The notes: generated by a model from the letters alone, not told the origin. A stretch of DNA of 64,000 nucleotides from an uncultured Gemmatimonadota bacterium (GCA_964470965.1 CAYYIS010000001.1:11990-75989); one strand, 5' to 3'. Numbered from the stretch's first letter, positions 20,227-32,204 are shown. Translations and numbers: made by a program.

Positions 20227-21270
20227 CTATTTTACTTTTCCACGTCCGGCAACCGGCCAGATCGCCTCGACATTCCCTTTTCTCACAGCCACTAGTTCAT
20301 CGTGCAGGTTAAGGCACATTTCCTGGTGCAGTGGGATCACCATCAACCGGTCCCCGACCTTGAATTCATGGTCACATGCACTGATATCCACATGGCCGTG
20401 CTCCACCGACATACCGTATATTTTTGCATGCGGATGATCTACAATATGTCCGTACGGTGTAGGTGGATAGCTTGTGAATGTTTTCATGCCACCATCGACG
20501 ATCATCCGGTCGGCTGTTGGAACGCTTACGACGGTTACTATCATTCGACACGCGCACCTTTCCGGATTCAGGTGATCCGAATGGCCGATCCGGGTCATGC
20601 CCTCCCAAAGGTAGGATCCACTCCGGGTTTCCGTACAGCCAATATCTCTGGAAATCTCTTCCGATCCGGTGCCGCCGCCGCTTACCATTTCAACCGGGAT
20701 GCCGGCCTTGTCGAGCAACTCACGGGTTTTATCCAGGGATGGTTTGGCCTCCGGTCGACTCGGATAGGTCATGAAACCTTTGAAATCAAGGCCCGGCATG
20801 TCCATGATCTTTCGCGCCAGTGCCAGCGTCTCCTCCGGCGATTGGGTCCCGCACCGATTGGAACCGGTATCCATCTCAATGATGACTCTGACCTTACATC
20901 CGTCTTTTTGTGCGCGTATATCAATCCCGCGCGCCGTAACTTCGGAGTCCAGCGCGACCGTCACGGTCGCCCGCCGTGATATGCGTGTCAGGCGCTCCAC
21001 TTTGTGAGGGCCTACTATGTTATAGGGAATAAGGATGTCTTTGACGCCACCGGCTACCATCGCCTCTGCCTCGCCCACCTTCTGGCAGGCAATACCGATT
21101 GCCCCGGCCGCCAACTGCTTATGGGCGATCTCCGGTATCTTATGGCTCTTGGTGTGAACACGTAACGGTATGTCTATTTTACGGCACCGCGCCGCCATTC
21201 CCGCGATGTTGCGTTCCATCACGTCCAGATCGGTGATATAAGCGGGAGTGTCCAGATCAGAAATATTCAT
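20227..21270 (-). CDS. PLP fold-III enzyme, D-serine dehydratase/D-threonine aldolase (DSD1) family
   Basis: LDTPA, RVHTKSHK, SGGGT, SVEHG and PLHQE. GGAG precedes ATG 21270. Confidence 0.85.
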   Translation of the reverse strand: MNISDLDTPAYITDLDVMERNIAGMAARCRKIDIPLRVHTKSHKIPEIAHKQLAAGAIGIACQKVGEAEAMVAGGVKDILIPYNIVGPHKVERLTRISRRATVTVALDSEVTARGIDIRAQKDGCKVRVIIEMDTGSNRCGTQSPEETLALARKIMDMPGLDFKGFMTYPSRPEAKPSLDKTRELLDKAGIPVEMVSGGGTGSEEISRDIGCTETRSGSYLWEGMTRIGHSDHLNPERCACRMIVTVVSVPTADRMIVDGGMKTFTSYPPTPYGHIVDHPHAKIYGMSVEHGHVDISACDHEFKVGDRLMVIPLHQEMCLNLHDELVAVRKGNVEAIWPVAGRGKVK

Positions 21271-21831
21271 GGTTCTCCATGGTAAGTTGGCAGCGCCGAC
21301 GTCGGAGTTACAGTATTCCTCGGGAGAAAGGTACGTCTGAATTTCCGAGGGGCTAAAACTGATACGAGGGAATGCGCCCCTGCAGAGGCTTTGAACATAG
21401 CCTCCGCGTAAAGGTATCCCGCACACGAAATAGAGAGGTTTAAATCCACTTTATTGTCAAAGCGTGGACCGTATGGTCGAACAGAAAAGCATCCGGTTTC
21501 TCCGACCAATAGGCCGGTAACGCCCTAATTAAGGTTCAGCGCGATGCGAGGCTGGCCCGTTTCAAGTCAAACAGGCGCACTACGTACCGGATTAATCCTT
21601 TACCGGGATCGTTGCTGAAACGTTACAGTATTCGGTATACCGTCCGAACGCTTGCACCCAGAAGCCGGGTAGTCTCGTCGGGATTCCGTCGGTCGTTTCA
21701 TGAGCTTACTGCACCAAGTTGTCTCGAGCGGTTTTAATCGTTTAAGAACGCTTATTCTGCTCTGCGAAGACGCACCTGAAATCAGGCGACATCTCTAACT
21801 ATCCATACGAAATACCGAATATTCATGACAA

Positions 21832-21859
21832 AGTATACACGAGATAGGAAAGTTTGCAA
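21832..21859 (-). promoter_or_regulatory. Putative sigma70 promoter
   Basis: Minus strand TTGCAA-16 nt-TATACT next to an AT-rich tract. Confidence 0.4.
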
Positions 21860-22199
21860 GTTTTCATTGTCTGTGCACCCGAACTACCAAGTTATTAATG
21901 ATATAAATTAAATTAATTAAGAAACTTATGGTTTACGATATGCAAGAAAAAAGTTCTGAAGAACGAAACGTATGAGTAAATGGAGAGCACTTCAAACATA
22001 GTCCGGTGATCGTTCACAGGAAAACGCCGGATCCGTAAAACACGCCATGCCCATAGTTACGCAAAATTAAACCGGGTAACAGATGTGATTTCTGTATCCA
22101 ATTTTACTGCGTCAGCCGTCAGTATGCGCCGGGGAGTGTTCAGAACGTGACGGGCAGCCGGTCGTATGTGCGATGCGTGGGGGTTACGTTCAATTCGTC

Positions 22200-23063
22200 T
22201 TACTCGATGAACAAAGGATTGCTCCACGCTTTTTTACCATCATGTCTTCGTAGCTCTACACGAATAAAAGTGTCGTGGCGGTTAGACAGGTTCCACTCTA
22301 GTTCCTGAACTGTGTCGTTGCCCCCGTGTTCCACACGTACCGGTCCCTGCTCCGACATAACCGCGATGCCCATAACCGGTTCGGTTCTGACGTAGAGCCG
22401 GGAGCCGTCGCATTCGATTTGTTCAAATCGCGGTCCGGTGCTGGCATAGAACCGCCCCTCACGAAGCGCCTGAAGGACCGCTTCTTCGTCACGTTCGCAG
22501 AACAGTTCGACCCAGCCTAATCCCCGATCCCAGTCCGAATGGCTGTCATCGGTGGCCAGTCCCCAGACCCTTCGGCCGCGTCGCAACAGCTCATCCCAGT
22601 GAGAAAGCGAATATTCCGACCCATGGCCGGTAGATCCCCCATTATATATTTCGATGGAATGATACCTTTCCAGCTCCAGTAGGCGGGCGACCGACATGCC
22701 CGTCCAGGCCGGATGATTCAATGTCGAAAACCCATCCTTGTCGTTAATCCAGTCGATAACCTCTTGCGTTCTTGAACTGGACCGATCGCCTTTGTCGACC
22801 GGTGAGGGCGCGTGTACGCCCGTGGCCAGGAGATGTTCGCGTTCCATCAGGGACGGCTCATTGCTGCTCAGCACGAGCAATCTGTCGGAGGATGCGCCTT
22901 CGTGGTCCTGCCATCGGTTGTGATCGGTGATCGCCAGAACATCGTAATCGAGCGTTTCGTAAGCGGCCACCACCTCGGCCCTGCTGTGCTTGCCGTCCGA
23001 ATAGGTGGTATGGGTGTGAAGGTTGGTTTTTAGCGACGGGCCATTAAGGGAGATTTTTTGCAC
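22200..23063 (-). CDS. PHP-domain metallohydrolase (CehA/McbA-like)
   Basis: NLHTHTTYSDG, AITDHN, NHP, TDDSH and WSNP. GTG 23063 follows AGGA. Confidence 0.85.
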   Translation of the reverse strand: MQKISLNGPSLKTNLHTHTTYSDGKHSRAEVVAAYETLDYDVLAITDHNRWQDHEGASSDRLLVLSSNEPSLMEREHLLATGVHAPSPVDKGDRSSSRTQEVIDWINDKDGFSTLNHPAWTGMSVARLLELERYHSIEIYNGGSTGHGSEYSLSHWDELLRRGRRVWGLATDDSHSDWDRGLGWVELFCERDEEAVLQALREGRFYASTGPRFEQIECDGSRLYVRTEPVMGIAVMSEQGPVRVEHGGNDTVQELEWNLSNRHDTFIRVELRRHDGKKAWSNPLFIE

Positions 23064-23137
23064 ATCGAATCCTGTGAAAACCAATTGTGGAGTAGGAAAC
23101 TCGTCGGTATCTATAACGTTGAAATTTGTTTAACCTG

Positions 23138-24400
23138 CTACCGTCCCTCCATCTGTTGCTTTATATGGGTGTACTTCTTAATTTCATCGTCTCGTTTCAG
23201 ATATTTCACGATCTGTAGGAGAGCATCTACTGTGGCGTCGTCGTCTGGCTTCAGTTCCCGTGCCTTTTCGAACGCGGGAATGGCAGCCAGAAAGCGCGCT
23301 GCTATGCGGCTCTCAGTCTCTCTGCGTTGCGGGGTAGCAGGCATGTCCTTGATTTTCCGATACAGGTCCGCGCCTTCATTGTAGTACATGACGGCGAGGT
23401 TGAAATAGGCGGAAGATCGGTCCGGGGCGATCGCGATGGCGTTTTCGTAAATTGGGACCGCGGCATTCGTGTCCCTGGCTTCGACCAGGGCAGCGTAGGC
23501 CATCAGTAGTGTGTAATCGTTTGGATTTTCCGTAAGGGCTTGTTTGAAATGTGCAATCGCTTCGTCATACTTATCCGGTTCCTGGAGCAGGACTTCCAGC
23601 TCGAATCGATCCAGATCGTTCTGCGCCTGCGTAAATCTTTGATCGAGAGATTTGGTCCGGCGTTCTTCACTTGTCTTGAGGCGCTCAGCCTCCAGGGCAA
23701 TCTTGCCCTGCCGAATGGCTTCCAGCGCCTGATCGACATCCCGAGTGCTGAACCGGTGGATCAGAGCTGCTCGATAATACACGTAAGCAATGAGTGGATC
23801 CGGGACAGGGCCGGCCACTCTCTGATAGACTTCGCCGGCCTTTTGAAGATCCTCGAGTGCTTTCACGGTATCCTGCAGGGCCAACCGGGCCTGGCCCCTC
23901 ATGTCATAGGCAGGCCAGTAGTCATCACCCATGGCGGACGAGCGGATATTCACGACGCAGTCCATATACAGGAAGGCCTGCTCGTATCGATTGCCATTGA
24001 GGGACCGGGTGCCTTCCGCGAGCAGGGGACGGAACAGCTCTTTCTGCAACTGCTTGATGTCATCGGCCCAGCGCCCGTTGTCGGTTCTAAGGGCGGCCAT
24101 AAGGTCCTCGCAGGTCTTCAGGTACGGCTCGGAGACAGGCGAAGTCCTTCTCAATCGTAATGCCTCCTGATGGGCGCTGATGATGGCCATGCCTCTATAA
24201 AAATGTGCTTGAGTCGCGTCTTCTTTTTTGAGACGTGCCGGTGTTTCAAGTGCTTTACTCAGTGATTGGATCGCTTCCTCGTAGGCACCGGTTTTCAATG
24301 CGTTTATCCCGGCTGTCACCTGCGAATCCGTCTGTGCCTGCACAGCCATCACCCAGAGCATCAGCATCATGAGCGCCATCGATGCTGTTCTAATCATCAC
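23138..24400 (-). CDS. Secreted tetratricopeptide-repeat protein
   Basis: Signal peptide ending AQA and multiple TPR-like helix pairs (e.g. YENAIAIAPDRSSAYFNLA). Confidence 0.8.
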   Translation of the reverse strand: MMIRTASMALMMLMLWVMAVQAQTDSQVTAGINALKTGAYEEAIQSLSKALETPARLKKEDATQAHFYRGMAIISAHQEALRLRRTSPVSEPYLKTCEDLMAALRTDNGRWADDIKQLQKELFRPLLAEGTRSLNGNRYEQAFLYMDCVVNIRSSAMGDDYWPAYDMRGQARLALQDTVKALEDLQKAGEVYQRVAGPVPDPLIAYVYYRAALIHRFSTRDVDQALEAIRQGKIALEAERLKTSEERRTKSLDQRFTQAQNDLDRFELEVLLQEPDKYDEAIAHFKQALTENPNDYTLLMAYAALVEARDTNAAVPIYENAIAIAPDRSSAYFNLAVMYYNEGADLYRKIKDMPATPQRRETESRIAARFLAAIPAFEKARELKPDDDATVDALLQIVKYLKRDDEIKKYTHIKQQMEGR

Positions 24401-24708
24401 TTCTCCTTCGGCCCTTCCTCAATCGCAGTCCATGGGCGATTTACGAACTTTAATCAATACCTAACAAGGTGCCGTGACCGCATACCAGCATTGCGGACAG
24501 ACAACCTTATTCATCCCTGCAGTATCCGATGAGTACCTTTTTACGCAAGGTGTTTTCTGATCTGTATGCAGATTATCGTCCTATCAAATTAAGCGATCGG
24601 TTTACAAAATCCAAGGATAAATGACAGGAACTAATGTTTGACGGGAGGGTTTGGAGAAGGTAGATTGAATCACTCTTCACTGGTCACTTGTCCATCCTGA
24701 GAACGCCC

Positions 24709-27105
24709 ATGCGAAAACGATATATCATTGCCATACTCGGATTGTTGGCGCTCGGCGCCGGTGGCGTATTTGCCTGGCAGAAATACGGTGGCCTGGATGG
24801 GAACCGACTCAAGGATGAAATCAGTCCCTACTTGCTGCTGCACGCGCACAATCCGGTGGACTGGTATCCCTGGGGCGAGGAAGCACTTGAGCGGGCACGG
24901 CGGGAACAGAAACCCATTTTTCTGTCGGTAGGCTACTCCACGTGCTACTGGTGTCATGTGATGGAACGCCGGGTTTTTTCCAACCCGCACATTGCCGCCA
25001 TCATGAACGAGCACTTCATAAACATCAAGGTAGACCGCGAAGAAAGGCCGGACTTGGATGAGGTGTACATGACTGCCACACAGTTAATGACAGGCAGCGG
25101 CGGCTGGCCCAATTCGGTGTTTCTGACGCCCGATCTGAAACCGTTCTATGGCGGCACATATTTTCCACCCGAGGATCTACCCGGACGTCCCGCTTTTCCG
25201 AAAGTGGCGTTCGGTATGAGCCAGACGTTTCAGAACGAACGGGCGAAAGCGGAGGAATATGCCGATCAGGTGACAAAAGCCATCCGCGCCATTCAGGCTG
25301 ATGCATTCGTTCCGGACGATTCCACGAGGATCGACAGGGCCCTGGTCAACCGCGCTGTGGATCGTCTGAAGTCCCGCTACGACGTTCAAAACGGCGGATT
25401 CGGAGGGGCGCCTAAATTTCCTCAGCCCATGCAGCTCGAATTGTTGCTGTCGGACTACGAGAACACCGGCGACGTACGAATTCTTCCAATTGTGACACAT
25501 ACCCTGAACGCGATGGCCCGGGGGGGAATGTACGACCATGTGGGGGGAGGATTCCATCGTTATGCGACCGACGTGCGTTGGCGGATTCCACACTTCGAGA
25601 AGATGCTGTACAGTCAGTCGGATCTGTCACGAATTTACCTCATGGCCTATCGAATAACGGGTAACGCATTCTATCTCTACGTGGCGGAAGATATCCTGGC
25701 TTTTGTTACCAGAGACATGCTGGGAGAAGACGGCGCGTTTTACTCGGCGATGGACTCCGAAACTGATACGGTCGAAGGACAGTACTATCTTTGGTCGGAT
25801 GCGGAAATAAAAGAGGTCTTGGGGGATGACGCGGCGTTGTTTTTCTGGGTTTACGGTCTTACGCCTATGCCGGACGGTATAGGCGGGGTGCTGTACAAGG
25901 CCAGCGCAGTGGATTCGGCTGCGTTTGAGATCGGTATGGCACCGGACGAACTGAGAGGCCGTGTTAAGGGCATGAGCGCGCGCTTGCTGGAACACCGCGC
26001 TTCCCGGAAAAGTCCGCTTGTGGACACCAAAGTCCTGACCGCGTGGAACGGCCTTATGATCGATTCCTACGCTTATGCCTACGAGGTTACTGGCAGTGAC
26101 CGGTACCGCAGGATAGCGGCACGCGCCGCCGACTTCCTGCTGACTAACCTGCGCACCGAAACGGGCGATCTAATGCGGACCTATCGGAACGGTGTCGTCA
26201 AGTATCGCGCCTATCAGGAAGACTACGCGTTTTTGATTCAGAGCCTGATAAGACTCAATGCGGTTACCGGTGAGGCGCGGTGGCAGGAGGAAGCAAGGGC
26301 GCTTACGGATCGGATGATCGAAACATTCTGGGACGATCTGAACGGCGGATTTTTCTTTACGGATGGTGAGGATTCCCTGATCGTCCGCACCAAGAATCCG
26401 TTTGACGCCGCCCAGCCGTCCGGCAACTCCGTCGGCGCTCACGTGCTGGTCGCTCTGGCACGTGCCACCGGCAGCAGGGCCTATTACGACCGGGCATTCC
26501 AGACATTCCGGGCGTTTGCGAAGGGAATCCAGGAAGAACCCGGTCGGTTCACCCATCAGATCACTGCGCTGAATACCTTCCTGAATACGAATTGGGATGA
26601 TGTGTTGAACGATCCTGCTCACGGCAGTGCTCCGGTGGGTCAGGACGCGAGGTCCCCTCTATTTCGGGACTCCCTGATGGACCTTATGTCAAATGACAAT
26701 GTTGTGGTCCATCCCACGCTTTCTCTGGCGGCTGAAAAACCAAAAAAGGGGGAGTTGTTTGATGCTGTGGTTCATATTCGGATTGACCCTGGCTGGCATA
26801 TCAACGCGATGCCGGCAACAACCAAGGACCTGATCCCGACATCTGTGGTGTTCAATGCCGATGTGCCAATTGAGGTCGTCGCTATCGAATATCCAAAGGG
26901 TCGGAACAAAAGGTTAGCCTTTTCGGAACAGCCTCTTTCCATATATCAGGATGAAATCGAAATCCGGGCTACCCTCAGGATTCCGTTCGGTACCCGACTA
27001 CGCTCCGGTACCGAACTGCGAGCAATCCTTACCTATCAAACCTGTAACGACGCAGTATGCATGGCTCCAGGCGAATTGCAGCGATCGGTCCTGTTGCGCG
27101 AGTAA
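24709..27105 (+). CDS. YyaL/SSP411 (DUF255) thioredoxin-domain protein with N-terminal signal and C-terminal DsbD-N-like domain
   Basis: [34 protein letters not shown] and PHFEKMLY; C-terminal PGWHINA...YQTCNDAVC. Confidence 0.88.
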   Translation: MRKRYIIAILGLLALGAGGVFAWQKYGGLDGNRLKDEISPYLLLHAHNPVDWYPWGEEALERARREQKPIFLSVGYSTCYWCHVMERRVFSNPHIAAIMNEHFINIKVDREERPDLDEVYMTATQLMTGSGGWPNSVFLTPDLKPFYGGTYFPPEDLPGRPAFPKVAFGMSQTFQNERAKAEEYADQVTKAIRAIQADAFVPDDSTRIDRALVNRAVDRLKSRYDVQNGGFGGAPKFPQPMQLELLLSDYENTGDVRILPIVTHTLNAMARGGMYDHVGGGFHRYATDVRWRIPHFEKMLYSQSDLSRIYLMAYRITGNAFYLYVAEDILAFVTRDMLGEDGAFYSAMDSETDTVEGQYYLWSDAEIKEVLGDDAALFFWVYGLTPMPDGIGGVLYKASAVDSAAFEIGMAPDELRGRVKGMSARLLEHRASRKSPLVDTKVLTAWNGLMIDSYAYAYEVTGSDRYRRIAARAADFLLTNLRTETGDLMRTYRNGVVKYRAYQEDYAFLIQSLIRLNAVTGEARWQEEARALTDRMIETFWDDLNGGFFFTDGEDSLIVRTKNPFDAAQPSGNSVGAHVLVALARATGSRAYYDRAFQTFRAFAKGIQEEPGRFTHQITALNTFLNTNWDDVLNDPAHGSAPVGQDARSPLFRDSLMDLMSNDNVVVHPTLSLAAEKPKKGELFDAVVHIRIDPGWHINAMPATTKDLIPTSVVFNADVPIEVVAIEYPKGRNKRLAFSEQPLSIYQDEIEIRATLRIPFGTRLRSGTELRAILTYQTCNDAVCMAPGELQRSVLLRE

Positions 27106-27201
27106 ACCCTTGGAACCGGCGTGTTAATTCTGTGCCTTTCCCATACTCCTAAGCTACAAACGTATTGGGCGGTGTGTGAATCAGGAATCGCGGCTGACTC
27201 T

Positions 27202-28140
27202 TCATGCTTTGAACAACTCCATGAAATAGTGAACGGTTTGCTTCAAACCCTCCACAAGTCCATACTTCGGGTCAAACGAAAGGGCGTTTTGTGTCTCTTC
27301 GATAGAGGCTAGGCTGTGCCTGATATCACCTGGCCGCTCTTCCGCATATATCAGTTCACTGGCGCTTTCGGTTTGCAGAATGATCAGTTCAGCTAATTCT
27401 TTAATAGTAATGGCTTCTCCCCGGGCCACGTTGTACACACCGGTCGCTAGAGGCGTCTTGGCTGCCAGAACATTGGCGAGCGCCACGTCTTTCACGAACA
27501 CGAAATCCCTGGTTTGCATACCATCACCGAATACGGTCAGCGGCTCGTTCTTAAGTGCTTTGCTCACAAAAATCGGGATGGCTGCTGCGTATTGGCTGTT
27601 CGGATCCTGCCCCGGTCCGAACACATTAAAATACCGCAGAGACGCGGTACCAAGACCGTATTCCTGGTTGTACATCCGCAGATAATATTCCCCGTCTAAC
27701 TTGGTGATTCCATAAGGCGATTTGGGTACCGGGCGCATCCGCTCGTTCTTGGGTGATACCGGATTATCGCCATATACGGCTGCGGAACTACTGTACACTA
27801 CTTTTTCGGCGCAGTGTTTCCGGGCGGCGTCCAGTACGTTCAATAAACCGGTCACATTAATGTCCACGCATTCATTTGGTTTTTCAATGGATTCCGGCAC
27901 GGAGACCATGGCTGCCAGATGGAATACGTACCGCGCGCCTTCGATGGCAGCAAAAACAGCGTCCCGGTTGGTTATACAGCATTTGTGGAATTCCACAGAA
28001 GGAAACCGGTCCGCATTGACCTGATGCCCGGACCGCAGATTATCGACAATATGTACCGTGGCACCCTCCTCCAGCCAGTGCTGCACGATATGACCACCGA
28101 TAAACCCGGCCCCGCCTGTTACGACTATTTTGTCGCTCAT
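27202..28140 (-). CDS. NAD-dependent nucleotide-sugar epimerase/dehydratase (extended SDR)
   Basis: VTGGAGFIG, SSAAVYG, YGITK, LRYFNVFGP and GDGMQTRDF. Confidence 0.92.
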   Translation of the reverse strand: MSDKIVVTGGAGFIGGHIVQHWLEEGATVHIVDNLRSGHQVNADRFPSVEFHKCCITNRDAVFAAIEGARYVFHLAAMVSVPESIEKPNECVDINVTGLLNVLDAARKHCAEKVVYSSSAAVYGDNPVSPKNERMRPVPKSPYGITKLDGEYYLRMYNQEYGLGTASLRYFNVFGPGQDPNSQYAAAIPIFVSKALKNEPLTVFGDGMQTRDFVFVKDVALANVLAAKTPLATGVYNVARGEAITIKELAELIILQTESASELIYAEERPGDIRHSLASIEETQNALSFDPKYGLVEGLKQTVHYFMELFKA

Positions 28141-29261
28141 GTCTCGTGTCACTCGTTATTACTGAAATTAAGTCCTGCATTTAATAAACCGCGAGAACAG
28201 CAAGCTGCATGGCACCTTTTTTATCTCTACAAGTTTGGTGCACATGACTTCGTCAAAACGCCAATAACTTAACTCCCTGTCCACCAGAGGTCAAGGGGGA
28301 TTGCACCTAGGTGATAATCAGGATTTGCACGATAAAAAACAAGCCAAGAATCGATTCATAGGAGCACCATGCGCGGTGTTCAGAACCGGAATTAACCGGC
28401 GGTCAGCCGATTTCCGGGTAATCTTTATTTTCTTCCGTGGCTATAGTGACACTTTGTGATGCAATACACTAATTTGATAGAATCATCCTGTTTCCATTGC
28501 TTCTGCGTTCTATGCATTACGAAATAAGTACCGGAAAAGGTGCGGGAAACAATTTTCAATTAATGGATTGAGAAGTCGTGACTTATTCGACCGGTTCGGT
28601 GTCAAATCTGAAGACTGCCGTGTCTGTTAAAAGGGTAGAACACCGACCTGTGGTACAATTGAGGATAGTCAGAAACAAGATTAAGACATGGGGTTGAATA
28701 ATATCATTGAAATCATGGGTTTTGTGAAATCGATACATCATAACCGAACACAAAAAAACAGGTTTCAGTATACCATACCTAATTTGAAAAGAGATGGATT
28801 ATGCCGGTATGTTGGCTTTGAGCGGGCGATATTACATCGGGAAATTGTTATGAAAATCACCAGGGAGCGAGTCTATTTTGCGAAGGCCTTGATTTGGAAT
28901 TATAGGCGCAACAGCCGGTAATAATCAAGGTAGCTCAGAGCGACAACCTGACGCCTGTGCAGCGAAAGCGGGATAGGCGATCGAAGCCGCTCTTTCCTAA
29001 ATCCCCTCAACTGGCCCGTTCCCTATGCCCGCAAACTGGTGGTGGTCATTCTCCTCGAACGTGGCGCAGGATTCATTTCTGCAGGCGCTGAATGGGCAAA
29101 ACACCTGGTCTGGGTTGGACATAAGGCGTTTGATGAATTCACGGATTTGCTACGATTACGGATGTGCCATGGTGTACCACGTGAGTCGCTTCCGGACCTG
29201 GGTAGCGCCCCCGTATCCAGTTCCCAGACACGAAGTCTCACGCGTGTTTTTTTCCTTTACA

Positions 29262-29290
29262 TTGCCTTTTACCACTCATATGAATAGAAT
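29262..29290 (+). promoter_or_regulatory. Putative sigma70 promoter about 400 nt upstream of phnW
   Basis: TTGCCT-17 nt-TAGAAT. Confidence 0.4.
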
Positions 29291-29694
29291 TTAAGACTGC
29301 TTTGATTCCGGTGTTTTACTGTAGCAAAATGAAACAATGGACCCATGAGCTGCTCCGTCTTCCCGATATTACTGAAATTTTGAGCCGGCGGACTCCAGCC
29401 GCATCAGGCGCGCACTTGGTGTAAGGCGGGGACAGAGCACTTAAACGGCAAAGTTCTGACGGGCGTTACGTATGACACTGGACACAATAAACATAGGGTG
29501 ATAGTGGCCCACCTGACGCACGATCAGAACCGGGTTGGTATCATGTGGCGATAACTGCATACTGCTGGTGTCCTGGGTGATTATCGTCTTCGTAAAGTTG
29601 TCTATTCAGAAGCCTCCAAACTCAGCCCATTGGTCCTCGGACAGTTGAAGGCATTGGAGCGGAGCCTCTGCGGTTTGAAAGGATTCATTGACGC

Positions 29695-30801
29695 ATGCAT
29701 GATGAAAATCCATATCTTCTTCTGACTCCAGGACCTCTGTCCACCACGCCGACGGTCAAATCTGCGATGATGCGGGACTGGTGTACCTGGGACGACGAAT
29801 ACAACAGCCTCGTAGAGAGTCTCCGAAGGCGTCTGACGAAGCTGGCTACGAACCGCGATAACTATACTTCGGTGCTGATGCAGGGAAGTGGTACCTTCTG
29901 TGTGGAGTCGGTCATCGGTACCGTCGTGCCGGATTCGGGCAAATTACTGGTCCTGGTCAATGGGGCGTACGGAAGCCGTATTGCGGAGATTGCAGGACGG
30001 CTTCACATCGACTGTGTGACACAGGACAGCGGCGAACTGGCGCCACCCGACCTGGATACACTGTATAAGACACTATCGAGCGATCCGGGAATAACCCATG
30101 TGGCGGTGGTTCACTGTGAGACTACCACCGGGATGTTGAATCCTATCCAGGAGATCGGCCGCGCAGTGAAGGACGCCGGGCGGTGTTATATCGTTGACGC
30201 TATGAGCAGCTTTGGCGGAATACCGATGGATGCCGGGGAATTAGGCGCGGATTTTCTTATCAGCAGCGCCAACAAATGTATTCAGGGCGTACCGGGATTC
30301 GGATTTGTTATCGCCCCATGGGAAGCGATGGATACTTGCAAGGGACAGGCTCGTTCTCTTAGCCTCGACCTGTACGATCAGTGGCACGAAATGGAGACGA
30401 AGAAAGGAAAATGGCGGTTTACTTCGCCGACGCATACCGTCCGGGCTTTCGATCAGGCCATGAGGGAACTGGAAAAAGAGGGGGGCGTGCCGGCCCGATT
30501 TGCCCGGTATTTCGAAAACCATCGGTTGCTTGTGGACGGCATGCGGGGACTAGGCTTCCAATGCTTTTTGCCTGATGAATACCAGGCCCCGATCATTACC
30601 TCGTTCCTGAATCCGGGGCATTCCGGTTACAACTTCAGGCCATTTTACGAGTCCCTGAAAACTAGGGGATTCGTCATATATCCCGGCAAGGTAACTGTGG
30701 CCGATACCTTCCGGATCGGAAATATTGGAAATATTGAACCTGATGACATTCGACATTTAATCCAGGCGGTTTCTGAATCGATGACCTGGAAGACGGATTG
30801 A
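29695..30801 (+). CDS. phnW: 2-aminoethylphosphonate--pyruvate transaminase
   Basis: [41 protein letters not shown] and IYPGK. Confidence 0.95.
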   Translation: MHDENPYLLLTPGPLSTTPTVKSAMMRDWCTWDDEYNSLVESLRRRLTKLATNRDNYTSVLMQGSGTFCVESVIGTVVPDSGKLLVLVNGAYGSRIAEIAGRLHIDCVTQDSGELAPPDLDTLYKTLSSDPGITHVAVVHCETTTGMLNPIQEIGRAVKDAGRCYIVDAMSSFGGIPMDAGELGADFLISSANKCIQGVPGFGFVIAPWEAMDTCKGQARSLSLDLYDQWHEMETKKGKWRFTSPTHTVRAFDQAMRELEKEGGVPARFARYFENHRLLVDGMRGLGFQCFLPDEYQAPIITSFLNPGHSGYNFRPFYESLKTRGFVIYPGKVTVADTFRIGNIGNIEPDDIRHLIQAVSESMTWKTD

Positions 30802-30956
30802 TCCGGTTTAATGGTGTCGGCTCCATTGAATTGAACTATAAATTACGTATCGTAAGGGGCGGTGAATCTGTCTTAAAGAGCTCTTTTATGAACCTTGACA
30901 TCCAGTAGATTGCTTAATATATCAAGTGCAACATTTCACCTCACAGGAATAACATC

Positions 30957-32204
30957 ATGTCTCTGGAAACAAAGCGCGCCAGTTACGGGGCAGAAGCGTA
31001 CGACGTTCCGGGAAGTGGGTTGCCTTCCCCATTCCCACGTACAATGGGGCCGAACTGCATGGCCTACCTCAAGGACGTGGTAGACGCCGGGTTGTCGGGA
31101 AACATGATCGGCCGGTTCGAGGTGGCGTTCGCAGAGGCTATGGGGGTCAGGCACTGTATAGCGACGCCGGGATGCACACCGGCATTGGCTATCCTGGCCG
31201 CCGCATTCGATTTTGAACCAGGTGATGAAATCATTGTCAGCTCCATCACCGACTACGGAACCATGCAGGGACTTTTAAGCGAGCACTACATTCCGGTGTT
31301 TGCAGATACACAGTCCGGTACTGTCAACATAAACGCGGAAACGATTGCCCCCTGCATTACGGACCGCACCAGGGCGATTCTTGTGGTTCATCTGACCGGC
31401 CTGATGTGTGACATGGACCCGATCATGGAGCTTGCGGCCAGGCACGATCTGATCGTATATGAAGATGCCTGTCAGGCGCTGTACAGCGATTACAAAGGGC
31501 GGTATGCAGGTACACTGGGGAAAGCCGCCGGTTTCTCGTTCGATTCTGAGAAGACGATGGGGTCGGATGTGGGGGGATGCGTGATCACCGACGACGATGT
31601 TCTGGCCGATCGTCTACGGTTCGTCGGCCAGAGCCGGGGTGGAGAGATGCGACCCCATTTTGGCCGGATTCACTCCACGCTCGGTTATGCGCAGCGTATG
31701 ACGCAATCCACCGCCGCCATTTCGTTGTCGCAGCTTGAGATCTTGCCGCCCCAGGTAGAAAAAAGGGATGCGATGATTCGCCTGATAACCGATAAACTAT
31801 CACAGATACCGGGTATAACTCCGCTGCCCATTCCCGACTATCAATCCGTATATTCCTGTTGGATGGCCGGTTTCAATATCGATCGGGATGAGTTCTCCTG
31901 CGATGCGGAAACGTTTGCCGAACAGCTTGAGGAGGCCGGTATTCCCGGTATCGGCATGGGCAAATACTACCTTATGCCTGATGCCTTGACGTTCCTTCAG
32001 GCTCAGGCCCGGGATCAGGCCTTCCCATTTTCGATGCCGCCGGCTTCCCGAAGTTACCGTTATGATGCAAACACCTGCCCCACCGCTCACACTTTCCTTG
32101 AAACCTTCATTCGCTGGTCCACTTTTTGCGAAAAATACGAACCGGAGCACTGCGAACTGGTAGCGAAGATTGTTCAGGATGTTGCAGGCAGAAACAGAAA
32201 GTGA
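30957..32204 (+). CDS. DegT/DnrJ/EryC1/StrS-family PLP aminotransferase
   Basis: EDACQA and FSFDSEKTMGSDVGG (Lys present). TTGACA at 30895 upstream. Confidence 0.85.
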   Translation: MSLETKRASYGAEAYDVPGSGLPSPFPRTMGPNCMAYLKDVVDAGLSGNMIGRFEVAFAEAMGVRHCIATPGCTPALAILAAAFDFEPGDEIIVSSITDYGTMQGLLSEHYIPVFADTQSGTVNINAETIAPCITDRTRAILVVHLTGLMCDMDPIMELAARHDLIVYEDACQALYSDYKGRYAGTLGKAAGFSFDSEKTMGSDVGGCVITDDDVLADRLRFVGQSRGGEMRPHFGRIHSTLGYAQRMTQSTAAISLSQLEILPPQVEKRDAMIRLITDKLSQIPGITPLPIPDYQSVYSCWMAGFNIDRDEFSCDAETFAEQLEEAGIPGIGMGKYYLMPDALTFLQAQARDQAFPFSMPPASRSYRYDANTCPTAHTFLETFIRWSTFCEKYEPEHCELVAKIVQDVAGRNRK

